Of a stretch of 58,900 bases of DNA, positions 19,479 to 27,840 are shown one piece after another. The position numbers were made by a program, and so were the translations under genes. The DNA comes from Spirochaetaceae bacterium (GTDB taxonomy: Bacteria > Spirochaetota > Spirochaetia > Treponematales > Rectinemataceae): assembly GCA_021372425.1 (NCBI GenBank), contig JAJFUL010000296.1, positions 1-58,900 of the forward strand, given 5' to 3'. The number at the start of each line of letters is the position of its first letter. The first letter of the stretch is position 1. Under the pieces are notes generated by a model. The model saw nothing but the letters and a program-made list of their open reading frames with translations. It had not been told where the DNA came from and did no database searches.

Positions 19479-20636
19479 GTGAACCTTCTCAAACTCCTGA
19501 AAAGAATTGCGCCTGACCTGGCGCCACTGCTCGGCTACGTCATTGCCGACCTTCTCTTCGGCAAGAGCGTAAGCTTCTATGTTGGCACCGGCCTGGGAGC
19601 CCTGGGTTTCATCTGCAGACTGATCGTGGACAGGAAGGCAGACTGGTTCCTTCTTGCGGATACAGTCGCGCTTGGGCTGCTGGGCGGTATTTCGCTGATC
19701 TTCCACAGCGAGCTTTTCATGCGTCTCAAACCTGCCATTATCGAGGGAGTATTCGCGATCGGCCTGCTGGTCGTCATCCTGCTTCCCGCCAAGACCCTCA
19801 AGAGTTGGGTGACCCGGCTCATGAACGGCTATCCGCTCGATGACAATGCGATGTCATCCTTGCGGAGAAGCCTCAGGTTGATGGCCGCCGTCTTTTTTAT
19901 CCATATGGCGCTGACAGTCTGGGCCGCTTTCGAGGCCAGCACCCCCGTATGGCGCTTCGTGTCCGGAGGCCTGCTCTATATCATGTTCGGTTTTGGGCTG
20001 CTCCTTGAGTGGCTGTCGGCCAGGAGAAAAACTCTCACCCCAGATGATTCCGCTCCGAAAGGCCAGCTTCTGAAGTGGAGCCTGCTCATCATGAATGATT
20101 CTGGCGGGATATTCGCCGCAAAGGTCGATCGGGATGCAGCGGGCAATCCCCTTTGGGATACGCCGGTGCGCGGCATCGCGGGATCCTCTGCCGAGCTTTC
20201 CCGGCAGGTCGACCAGGGCTTGGGCAGGCTGGGGCTCGATCCTGCGGCAGTCCGGGCAAGGACTGGCAGGGCGTTGTCGATACAGCCGCTTTTCCTGATT
20301 GCCGAGAGCCAGGCAGCAAGGCTTCCCCAGGAAGAACAGTTTAGCCTGGATGCATTGTTCTCTCAGCCAGCCCAAGTTCAGGCGGGAGAGAGGGAGCTTG
20401 TCCTGGCTACAGTACTCGGCATGGAAGCCTTTCCTAAGGGCAACGATCCCACCGAGCGCCGTTTCTGGAGCATGCAGGAGCTTGACGCCCTTGCGGCCGG
20501 GAGCAAGAAGATATCGCTCCATTTGCTGAATGAGCTGCAGATGCTCTCTGGCACGGGAAGCGTCCCGCATCCGGGCATCTTTACGGCAAGCCATACGGAA
20601 AGTATAGTGTCTGAAGAAAATCATGCGATTTCTTAA
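19479..20636 (+). CDS. Membrane protein with an IspZ/YciB-like N-terminal half and a soluble C-terminal domain I cannot identify
   Basis: About 5 TM segments over the first ~185 aa, with YciB-like layout. The C-terminal ~190 aa has a degenerate Nudix-like stretch (GIAGSSAELSRQVDQGLGRLGL) that lacks the catalytic glutamates. Confidence 0.55.
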   Translation: MNLLKLLKRIAPDLAPLLGYVIADLLFGKSVSFYVGTGLGALGFICRLIVDRKADWFLLADTVALGLLGGISLIFHSELFMRLKPAIIEGVFAIGLLVVILLPAKTLKSWVTRLMNGYPLDDNAMSSLRRSLRLMAAVFFIHMALTVWAAFEASTPVWRFVSGGLLYIMFGFGLLLEWLSARRKTLTPDDSAPKGQLLKWSLLIMNDSGGIFAAKVDRDAAGNPLWDTPVRGIAGSSAELSRQVDQGLGRLGLDPAAVRARTGRALSIQPLFLIAESQAARLPQEEQFSLDALFSQPAQVQAGERELVLATVLGMEAFPKGNDPTERRFWSMQELDALAAGSKKISLHLLNELQMLSGTGSVPHPGIFTASHTESIVSEENHAIS

Positions 20637-21510
20637 TTCGATCATCTGGTTTTTGCGCGGTGTGAGGGTCTATGCGCTCGTAGGCTCGTCAGGCACCGGC
20701 AAAAGCTTCAGGGCGAAACTTGTTGCACAGAAATACGGCATCGACCTCATCATCGATGACGGCCTCCTCATCCGCGGCGACCAGCTCATAGCCGGCAAGT
20801 CTGCAAAGAAAGAGGCGACCTACCTTGGTGCCGTGAAAGCCGCACTCTTCCATGACAAGGCGCACAGGGACGAAATCGCAAAGGCCCTCCAGAAGGAAAA
20901 ATTCCGCAAGATACTCATCATCGGCACATCCGAAAAGATGGTATCGCGGATTTGCGAGCGCTTGCAGCTTCCCCAACCTTTCAAGGTTATCAAGATCGAG
21001 GATATTGCCACCAAGGAAGAGATCGAAAAGGCGCTCCAGTCGCGCCAGGTTGAGGGGAAACACGTCATACCCATCCCGGCGCTGGAAATAAAGCGCAATT
21101 ATCCTTCGATCTTTTATGACAGCGTGAGGGTTTTCCTCAAGAAAAGCTTCGGCGCCGGTGCCTCCCTTCCTAAAATCTATGAAAAATCGGTGGTCAGGCC
21201 GGAGTATGCGAAGCGCGGGCGTGTCTCGATTTCGGAGGCCGCCCTTTCGCAGATGGTCGTCCATTGCGTTGACGAATACGATTCGTCGTTGCGGGTAAAG
21301 AGGTTGGCAATTCGTGATGATACACAAGGTTATCGTATAACGGTCGTTCTTGAGGTTCCCTACGGAACAAGGCTCGCTTCGAATGCGCACGCGCTCCAGG
21401 AATATATAGTCGATAATATCGAGCGTTTCACAGGGATCCTCGTAGCCGAGGTCAATATCGTGATAGATCGCTTTACAAAAAATGGGAAAAAGAACATGAG
21501 CAGGAAATAA
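20623..21510 (+). CDS. P-loop NTPase fused to an Asp23/Gls24-like C-terminal domain
   Basis: Walker A GSSGTGKS at residues ~21-28. The C-terminal ISEAALSQMVVHCVDEY...GYRITVVLEVPYGTRLASNAHALQEYIVDNIERFTGILVAEVNIVI resembles Asp23. Overlaps the upstream gene by 14 nt. Confidence 0.6.
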   Translation: MRFLNSIIWFLRGVRVYALVGSSGTGKSFRAKLVAQKYGIDLIIDDGLLIRGDQLIAGKSAKKEATYLGAVKAALFHDKAHRDEIAKALQKEKFRKILIIGTSEKMVSRICERLQLPQPFKVIKIEDIATKEEIEKALQSRQVEGKHVIPIPALEIKRNYPSIFYDSVRVFLKKSFGAGASLPKIYEKSVVRPEYAKRGRVSISEAALSQMVVHCVDEYDSSLRVKRLAIRDDTQGYRITVVLEVPYGTRLASNAHALQEYIVDNIERFTGILVAEVNIVIDRFTKNGKKNMSRK

Positions 21511-21565
21511 TGAAGTTTTGCTGGCGAGGAATGCATGCAAGTCGATTGACGAGGGTTTACACATA

Positions 21566-21594
21566 TTGACGACTCTTTGAGAACTGTGTAGTAT
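21566..21594 (+). promoter_or_regulatory. Candidate promoter for the small basic ORF
   Basis: TTGACG (21566-21571), 17 nt spacer, TAGTAT (21589-21594). Confidence 0.4.
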
Positions 21595-21655
21595 TGTCCA
21601 TGGTGCGCGATGAAGTTGTCTCATTTCGCATCAATTGTAGAGAAGGAGAACTGTC

Positions 21656-21751
21656 GTGCCCTGTGGGAGAAAGCGAAAGCTCAAGAAAATAGCGACACAT
21701 AAAAGAAAGAAGAAGAGAAGACTGAACCGTCACAAGACAAGAGTGTCATGA
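21656..21751 (+). CDS. 31-aa highly basic peptide, AURKAIP1/COX24-like (bS22/mS38-type small ribosomal protein candidate)
   Basis: Absent from the ORF track because it is under 60 aa. GTG start with AAGGAG 7 nt upstream. The translation (V)PCGRKRKLKKIATHKRKKKRRLNRHKTRVS matches the remembered G-KRK-x-K-x-ATHKRKK-x-R-x-NRHK pattern. A terminator follows. Confidence 0.6.
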   Translation: MPCGRKRKLKKIATHKRKKKRRLNRHKTRVS

Positions 21752-21776
21752 ATGTCGCTTTTTTTCTTTGTGAAAA

Positions 21777-21803
21777 GGCCACCCGAATGGGCGGTCTTTT
21801 TTT
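21777..21803 (+). terminator. Rho-independent terminator
   Basis: GGCCACCC-GAAT-GGGCGGTC stem (one mismatch, one G:U) followed by seven T residues. Confidence 0.6.
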
Positions 21804-21927
21804 GTACTATATGAATTATATAAATGGAGCGATGACCGGCGGGTCTCCGTGGCTGACAGGTGCCATGTTGCCAGGTTTTGTTGTGTTTCAATTATTGAAA
21901 TGCTCTTTCAAATTTTGTGCAATCCTC

Positions 21928-21955
21928 TTGTCTTTATGCAAATCAATGTTATACT
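21928..21955 (+). promoter_or_regulatory. Candidate promoter for the buk operon
   Basis: TTGTCT, 16 nt spacer, then TATACT preceded by TGt (extended -10), about 30 nt upstream of the buk ATG. An inverted repeat TTGAAA-N5-TTTCAA lies just upstream. Confidence 0.4.
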
Positions 21956-21985
21956 GAATTCGTACGGTAATCTGGAGGGCTTTTA

Positions 21986-23059
21986 ATGTCTCAGCCTGTT
22001 CTCGTGATAAATCCGGGATCAACGTCGACGAAGCTGGCCGTCTTTGAAGGGGAAAAGTGTCTTTTCTCACAGACGATCAGCCATTCTGCCGCCGAGCTTG
22101 CTCCCTTTCACAATATTGCGTCGCAATTCGACTTCCGGTGCAGGACCATAGTGAAGACGCTGGAAGAGCAGCATTTCGACCTGAAGCAGCTGGTGGCCGT
22201 GGTGGGGCGCGGTGGGCTTCTGCATCCGATCCCGGGCGGTGTCTATGCGGTAAATGAGCCGATGAAGGACGACCTGCTGTCCGCAGAATATGGCGAGCAC
22301 GCATCCAACCTCGGAGGCCTCATTGCTGATGAAATTGCCTCGGGGCTCGGGATTCCAGCCTTCATAGCAGATCCGGTCGTCGTAGACGAGCTTTCGGACA
22401 TTGCGCGCGTTTCGGGGCACAAGCTTTTCAGGCGCATCTCCATTTTCCACGCGCTAAACCAGAAAGCAGTCGCAAAAAGGTACTCAAGGGAACATGGCCA
22501 CAAATACGAGGATCTGAGCCTGATCATTGCCCACATGGGCGGTGGCGTATCGGTCGGCTTCCACGACCACGGAAAAGTCGTCGACGTTAACCAGACGCTG
22601 AGCGGGGAGGGGCCTTTCAGCCCGCAGCGCTCAGGGACCCTGCCGGCGAGCGACTTGGCGAAACTCTGCTTTTCTGGCAAGTACACCGAAGCGCAGGTGC
22701 AGCGCATGATCAATGGCGAGGGCGGGTTGGTCAGCTTTATGGGGACGAACGACATGCGCGACGTGGAAAAACTGTACCATCAGGGCGACCCGACGGCGAC
22801 GCTGTATTACAAGGCTTTCATCTACCAGGTAGGAAAGGCGATAGGTGCATTGGCCGCCGCCGCCCATGGAAGGGTTGATGCAATTCTCCTGACAGGTGGC
22901 ATAGCCTATGGCAAGGATATTGTCGATGGAATCAGCGAAATGTGCTCATTCATCGCACCTGTGATCGCCTATCCTGGCGAAGGCGAGATGGAGGCGCTGG
23001 CCATGGCAGGCTATGGCGCGCTCTCAGGCGAAGTGCAGGTATTGGAGTATAGGAAATGA
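21986..23059 (+). CDS. buk: Butyrate (branched-chain fatty acid) kinase
   Basis: VLVINPGSTSTKLAVF, GRGGLLHPIPGGVYAVN, EHASNLGG. GGAGGG precedes the ATG. Confidence 0.9.
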   Translation: MSQPVLVINPGSTSTKLAVFEGEKCLFSQTISHSAAELAPFHNIASQFDFRCRTIVKTLEEQHFDLKQLVAVVGRGGLLHPIPGGVYAVNEPMKDDLLSAEYGEHASNLGGLIADEIASGLGIPAFIADPVVVDELSDIARVSGHKLFRRISIFHALNQKAVAKRYSREHGHKYEDLSLIIAHMGGGVSVGFHDHGKVVDVNQTLSGEGPFSPQRSGTLPASDLAKLCFSGKYTEAQVQRMINGEGGLVSFMGTNDMRDVEKLYHQGDPTATLYYKAFIYQVGKAIGALAAAAHGRVDAILLTGGIAYGKDIVDGISEMCSFIAPVIAYPGEGEMEALAMAGYGALSGEVQVLEYRK

Positions 23060-23976
23060 AATATATCTCGGAAATCGTGAACAGGGCCGTAGCGGGAGGC
23101 CGTGCGAAGCTCGCGGTCGCAGCGGCGCAGGAAGCTTCGGTATTGGAAGCAGTACGCGACGCTTATGATGCGGGGATCGTGGAGCCTGTGCTGGTAGGCG
23201 AGCCTGCGGCCATCGCCGCGGCGGCGCGCGAGGCCAGAGATGGCGCCGGCGTCGATATTTCGGGTTTCGAAATTGTCCCGGCTGCGGATGGCTATGGCGC
23301 CGCGGCGACCGCAGTCCAACTCGTGAAGACCGGCCGTGCCGACATCCTTATGAAGGGCCTGATCGATACCTCGATCCTCCTCAAGGCCGTCCTGAACAAG
23401 GAAACAGGCATCAACTCGGGCTGCCTTGCGAGCCATGTGGCAGTCATGGAAGTGCCGACCTATCACAAGCTCCTTGTCGTGACGGATGCGGCCATCAACA
23501 TTGCGCCGGATCTTGCCGGCTTCATCGATATCATCAAGTCCGCCACCAAGGTGGCAAAAGCGCTTGGCACAGACATGCCAAAAGTCGCCATGCTGGCGGC
23601 TGTCGAAAAGGTCAATGCCGACAAAATGCCCTGCACGGTCACCGCTGCGATCCTCACTCAGATGAACAGGCGAGGCCAGATCAAGGACTGCATCATCGAC
23701 GGGCCCCTGGCACTCGACAATGCGATCAGCAGCGAAAGCGCCCGGATAAAGCATCTCGATTCGGAAGTGGCGGGCGACGCCGACATTCTCGTGACGCCCG
23801 ATATCGAAGCTGGAAATATTCTTTACAAATGCCTGCTCGACCTGGCACAGGCCAAGGGCGCGGGAATTGTCATGGGCGCGGCAAAGCCGATCGTCCTGAC
23901 GAGTCGCGCGGATACCGCCGATACCAAACTTGCCTCCATAGCGCTTGCTTCCCTTGTGGGAAGACCCAGCTGCTGA
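23056..23976 (+). CDS. ptb: Phosphate butyryltransferase (PTA/PTB family)
   Basis: About 300 aa PTA_PTB-type protein (ILMKG, VTDAAINIAPD, ADILVTPDIEAGNILYK). ATGA overlap with buk. Confidence 0.85.
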   Translation: MKYISEIVNRAVAGGRAKLAVAAAQEASVLEAVRDAYDAGIVEPVLVGEPAAIAAAAREARDGAGVDISGFEIVPAADGYGAAATAVQLVKTGRADILMKGLIDTSILLKAVLNKETGINSGCLASHVAVMEVPTYHKLLVVTDAAINIAPDLAGFIDIIKSATKVAKALGTDMPKVAMLAAVEKVNADKMPCTVTAAILTQMNRRGQIKDCIIDGPLALDNAISSESARIKHLDSEVAGDADILVTPDIEAGNILYKCLLDLAQAKGAGIVMGAAKPIVLTSRADTADTKLASIALASLVGRPSC

Positions 23977-24004
23977 AGCGGCATGCAAAAAAAGGAGAGC
24001 CTCG

Positions 24005-24220
24005 ATGGCTATCAAAGGGAAGCCTGTCATTGACAGGGAACGATGCAAGGGTTGTCTGCTCTGTGTCCGCGCTTGTCCCATGAAGGTGCTGGCGGCTGAC
24101 AAGTCGCCCAATTCCTGGGGTTATTATCCGTCTTCGGTGGCTGAACCGGAGAAATGCATTGCCTGCGGCAATTGCTACCAGGTTTGTCCTGACGTAGCAA
24201 TCACCGTGTACAAACTGTGA
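24005..24220 (+). CDS. 2-oxoacid:ferredoxin oxidoreductase delta subunit (2x[4Fe-4S] ferredoxin)
   Basis: CKGCLLCVRACP and CIACGNCYQVCP. AGGAG upstream of ATG 24005 (MAIKGKP). Confidence 0.8.
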   Translation: MAIKGKPVIDRERCKGCLLCVRACPMKVLAADKSPNSWGYYPSSVAEPEKCIACGNCYQVCPDVAITVYKL

Positions 24221-24231
24221 AGGAGACAGAC

Positions 24232-25305
24232 ATGTCCGAAGAAATTCGCCTTATGAAAGGCGATGAGGCGATTGGCGAAGCGGCGGTGCGGGCGGGCTGC
24301 AAAGCATATTTCGGCTACCCCATAACTCCGCAGAACGAATTGACCGCCTACATGGCCAAGCATATGCTCGACAAAGGTCGGACCTTCATCCAGGCCGAGA
24401 GTGAAGTCGCCGCGATCAACATGGTCTATGGCGCCGCCTCGACCGGCGCCCGCGCCATGACCAGCTCTTCGAGCCCGGGCATCTCCCTCAAGCAGGAAGG
24501 CATCTCCTACCTCTGTGGCGCGGACCTGCCCTGCGTCATCGTCAACGTGGCGCGCTCGGGCCCCGGTCTCGGCGGCATCTCTCCCAGCCAAGGCGACTAT
24601 TTCCAGTCCACCCGCGGCGGCGGCCACGGTGATTACCATACCATCGTGCTCGCCCCGAAAAGTGTCCAGGAAGCCGCCGACCTCACTTACGAGGCATTTT
24701 CCATCTCCGAACGCTACCGCATCCCCGTGCTCGTGCTCGCCGACGGCCTCATCGGCCAGATGATGGAAGGCGTCGTCTTCAAGGACGAGATCGATCCGGC
24801 CAGCCTGCCGCCTGAGCCATTTGCCGTAGGCCATCAGGCCGAAACCGGCCGTCCGAACCGCCATGTCACCAGCATCAACCTGGTTCCCGAGGAGCTTGAA
24901 AAGCAGAACATAGTCCGCTTTGAGCGCTATGGCCAGGTAAAGAAGGAATTGACACGTTACGAGGAAGTGCAGGTCGAAGATGCGGACCTCGTACTGGTCG
25001 CCTATGGCACCGCCGCGCGAGTCTGCCTCGGCGCTCTGCAGGATGCGCGCCGCAAGGGCCTGAAGGTGGGGCTATTCCGCCCCATCACGCTCTGGCCATT
25101 CCCCGATGCCGCGATCGGTCGGCTTGCCGGGAAGGGCAGCCGATTCCTTTCGGTCGAGATGAGCATGGGCCAGATGGTCGAAGATGTACGGCTCGCCGTC
25201 AACGGAAGGGCGCCTGTCGATTTCTATGGCAGGTGCGGCGGCATGGTTCCCAGCGAAGAAGAAGTCCTCGCTGAGATCGAGAGGATTCTCGGGAAAAGGT
25301 CCTAA
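24232..25305 (+). CDS. 2-oxoacid:ferredoxin oxidoreductase alpha subunit (VorB/PorA-like)
   Basis: MKGDEAIGEAAVRAGCKAYFGYPITPQNE is a typical N-terminus. AAGGAG 6 nt upstream of ATG 24232. Confidence 0.85.
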   Translation: MSEEIRLMKGDEAIGEAAVRAGCKAYFGYPITPQNELTAYMAKHMLDKGRTFIQAESEVAAINMVYGAASTGARAMTSSSSPGISLKQEGISYLCGADLPCVIVNVARSGPGLGGISPSQGDYFQSTRGGGHGDYHTIVLAPKSVQEAADLTYEAFSISERYRIPVLVLADGLIGQMMEGVVFKDEIDPASLPPEPFAVGHQAETGRPNRHVTSINLVPEELEKQNIVRFERYGQVKKELTRYEEVQVEDADLVLVAYGTAARVCLGALQDARRKGLKVGLFRPITLWPFPDAAIGRLAGKGSRFLSVEMSMGQMVEDVRLAVNGRAPVDFYGRCGGMVPSEEEVLAEIERILGKRS

Positions 25306-25315
25306 GGAGTTCAGC

Positions 25316-26107
25316 ATGGAAGCAGCATACAGTCATCCAAAAAGTCTCGTGCCGGTTCAGTCGAAATATTGTCCGGGATGCGGACACGGCATTATCCATC
25401 GCCTGATCGCCGAGGTCATCGACGAGATGGGCCTCCAGGCCAGGTCGATCATCACGAACCCGGTTGGCTGCGCCATATGGGCCGACCTCTATTTCGACTT
25501 TGACTCCGTCCAGCCGGCGCATGGCAGGACTCCCGCGGCATCCACCGGCATCAAGCGGATGCTCCCGGATCACCTCGTGGTCTGTTACCAGGGTGATGGT
25601 GATCTTGCCGCAATCGGCACCGCCGAGACGATCCACGCAGCCAACCGGGGCGAAAAATTCACCACGATCTTCGTCAACAACGCGATCTATGGCATGACGG
25701 GCGGGCAGATGGCTCCGACGACGCTCGTCGGCCAATACGCCACGACAGCGCCTTATGGCCGCGATCCCGATGTCGCCGGCATGGGCTATCCGATCAAGGT
25801 ATGCGAGCTGCTCGCTACGCTGCAGGGCACGAAGTACCTCGCTCGCGGTGCGGTCAACAATCCGGTCAACGTAAAGAAGACCAAGAAGTACATAAGGACG
25901 GCCTTCGAGGCCCAGATGCGGGGCGAAGGCTTCACGATGGTGGAGATCCTCTCGCAGTGCCCGACCAACTGGAAGATGAGTCCGGTGCAGTCGGTCGAAT
26001 GGGTCGAGAGCAGCATGATCCCCTTCTACCCTCTGGGTGAGATCAAGAACACGCTGCAGCCGGACCCGGCAGCAGCAGCGGCCGTAAAACCGGCCGGTGT
26101 CAGGTAA
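25316..26107 (+). CDS. 2-oxoacid:ferredoxin oxidoreductase beta subunit (TPP-binding)
   Basis: YCPGCGHG, GDGDLAAIG (TPP motif), NNAIYGMTGGQ. TAAGGAG upstream of ATG 25316. The longer track ORF from 25184 overlaps the alpha subunit. Confidence 0.85.
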   Translation: MEAAYSHPKSLVPVQSKYCPGCGHGIIHRLIAEVIDEMGLQARSIITNPVGCAIWADLYFDFDSVQPAHGRTPAASTGIKRMLPDHLVVCYQGDGDLAAIGTAETIHAANRGEKFTTIFVNNAIYGMTGGQMAPTTLVGQYATTAPYGRDPDVAGMGYPIKVCELLATLQGTKYLARGAVNNPVNVKKTKKYIRTAFEAQMRGEGFTMVEILSQCPTNWKMSPVQSVEWVESSMIPFYPLGEIKNTLQPDPAAAAAVKPAGVR

Positions 26108-26121
26108 GGGAGGCAACCAGC

Positions 26122-26655
26122 ATGACAGAAAAAACCTATATGGCCGGCTTCGGTGGCCAGGGAATCATCTCACTCGGTGAAATGTGGGTGTTCTGTGCCA
26201 TGAAGGAAGGTCTCCAGGTCACCTTTTTCCCGTTCTACGGCGCGGAAAAGCGCGGCGGCGTCGCACGGGCTTCCGTCATCGTGAGCGAGAAGGAGATCGC
26301 GAGCCCCTTGGTTACGCGCGCCGATTCGGTGGTCATCATGAACCAGGATTCGGTTCCGATAGCCGAAGAGGTCTGCAGACAGGGCGGCCTCATCCTGGTC
26401 AATTCAAGTCTCGTCAAGAAGGATCCTGACAGGCCCGATGCCAGGATCATCAGGATTCCCTGCAACGAAATTGCTGAAAGAATCGGGGATGTCCGGATAG
26501 CCAACATGGTCATGATGGGTGCCCTGAGCAAGGCGACGGGAGCGATCAGGCTGGAAAACCTCGAGCCTGTGCTCAAATCATTCTTCCCGGAGAAGAAACA
26601 CGCGCTCATACCGATGAATATCGCGGCCGTGGAGGCTGGGAAGCAGGCTGTCTGA
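26122..26655 (+). CDS. 2-oxoacid:ferredoxin oxidoreductase gamma subunit
   Basis: GFGGQGIISLG...YGAEKRGG is typical of gamma subunits. Confidence 0.85.
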   Translation: MTEKTYMAGFGGQGIISLGEMWVFCAMKEGLQVTFFPFYGAEKRGGVARASVIVSEKEIASPLVTRADSVVIMNQDSVPIAEEVCRQGGLILVNSSLVKKDPDRPDARIIRIPCNEIAERIGDVRIANMVMMGALSKATGAIRLENLEPVLKSFFPEKKHALIPMNIAAVEAGKQAV

Positions 26656-26755
26656 GAGAAGGGCGCGCACCAGGGATAGAAAGGCGTGCACCAGGAAACG
26701 GTCCGCCGTTCCTATCTATACCGAAGTTCGCGCTTTCGCTTATACTGACGGTGCA

Positions 26756-27805
26756 ATGAGCAGTTTGGAAACTGAAACCAGGGCTCAAACCGGTCCCGGG
26801 GATCAAGGGACTGCCGCCGCGAAAGGCGACGGCAGACACCATCCTGGTCGGGTTATTGGGAAGGCGCTGCTTTTCATTCTGAAAGTGATCGTCCTCGTTC
26901 ATCTTGTCTATATTGTTTTTACATCTACACTTATTATTGTTTACAAAGTCATGGACCCACCTTTTACGGTGCTGATGCCCTACAGGGTGTTCGGCTATGG
27001 GTGGAAACTGGAAAAGCCCATGCCGGTTCCGCTCAAGAAGATTCCTCCCTATATACAGTCGATGCTCGTATCGGTGGAAGACGGCAAGTTCTATGAACAC
27101 CATGGCATCGATATGGCCGCCTTCAAGCGAGCGAAGGAGATCAATGCTCGTGTGGGGAAGCCGCTTTATGGCGGATCGACGCTCACGATGCAGGTTGCAA
27201 GAACGCTGTTTCTTGTTCCGGAAAAAAGCTATGTCAGGAAATATTTCGAGGTGATTACGGCGCTCGAGCTGGAGCTTTTCCTGCCCAAGGACCGGATCCT
27301 CGAGCTGTATTTCGGTTATGCGGAATGGGGGAAAGGGATTTTCGGCATTGAGGCGGCTGCGAGGCACTATTACGGAATGGGAGTGGGGGGATTGAACAGG
27401 GATCAGGCGGCGCGGCTCATTGCCCTTCTTTCCTCGCCAATAAAATACAATCCGAACACGTTGACAAAATCCGGAATCCTGCGGGAGCGCTATGCCTACC
27501 TGACGAGGCGCTTTGTCACAAGGAAGGATGACGCTATCGACGAGAACAGGCAGTTGCCGCTGCCGCCAACTCCGCCAGGAGCAGTTGAACCTGGCACCGA
27601 TGTGGACGAGGGAGCCGAGGCGCCGGCTGCCGGGCAGGCTGAAGGATCGGTGAGCCAGGATCAGGCCGGACAGAGTGAAGCTTCATCAACGCAGGGACAG
27701 AGCGTGGGAGCGGGGGCCGAGGCTCCTCAAGCCGGTGAACCTCCAGCCGCTGCACCATCTCAGGCGCAAGGCAGCGATGGCGGACAAGGCTCTGCCGCGC
27801 CATAA
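26756..27805 (+). CDS. mtgA: Monofunctional peptidoglycan glycosyltransferase (GT51) with a low-complexity C-terminal tail
   Basis: A single TM, then GT51 motifs VSVEDGKFYEHHGID, GGSTLTMQVAR, RILELYFGYAEWG. The tail is A/P/Q/G-rich with repeated GAEAP(A/Q)AG. Confidence 0.8.
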   Translation: MSSLETETRAQTGPGDQGTAAAKGDGRHHPGRVIGKALLFILKVIVLVHLVYIVFTSTLIIVYKVMDPPFTVLMPYRVFGYGWKLEKPMPVPLKKIPPYIQSMLVSVEDGKFYEHHGIDMAAFKRAKEINARVGKPLYGGSTLTMQVARTLFLVPEKSYVRKYFEVITALELELFLPKDRILELYFGYAEWGKGIFGIEAAARHYYGMGVGGLNRDQAARLIALLSSPIKYNPNTLTKSGILRERYAYLTRRFVTRKDDAIDENRQLPLPPTPPGAVEPGTDVDEGAEAPAAGQAEGSVSQDQAGQSEASSTQGQSVGAGAEAPQAGEPPAAAPSQAQGSDGGQGSAAP

Positions 27806-27840
27806 GCCGGGGCCGGGTCACAATGATCAGGCGGATCTGG

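Noticed and set aside
20689-21624. 311-aa ORF on the minus strand opposite the P-loop/Asp23 gene
   Set aside because: The plus frame has a Walker A motif and an Asp23-like domain, and is translationally coupled to its neighbour. The minus frame has no motifs, and its start would lie inside the promoter of the small basic ORF.
23011-24111. 366-aa ORF on the minus strand opposite ptb and the ferredoxin gene
   Set aside because: The translation is R/G/A/D-rich with no recognisable motif. The plus strand encodes clear PTA_PTB and 2x[4Fe-4S] proteins. This is a typical antisense open frame in GC-rich DNA.
25199-26116. 305-aa ORF on the minus strand opposite the oxidoreductase beta subunit
   Set aside because: There is no family signature and the composition is Arg-rich. 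The plus strand carries the TPP-binding GDGD…NN motif and has good SD sites.
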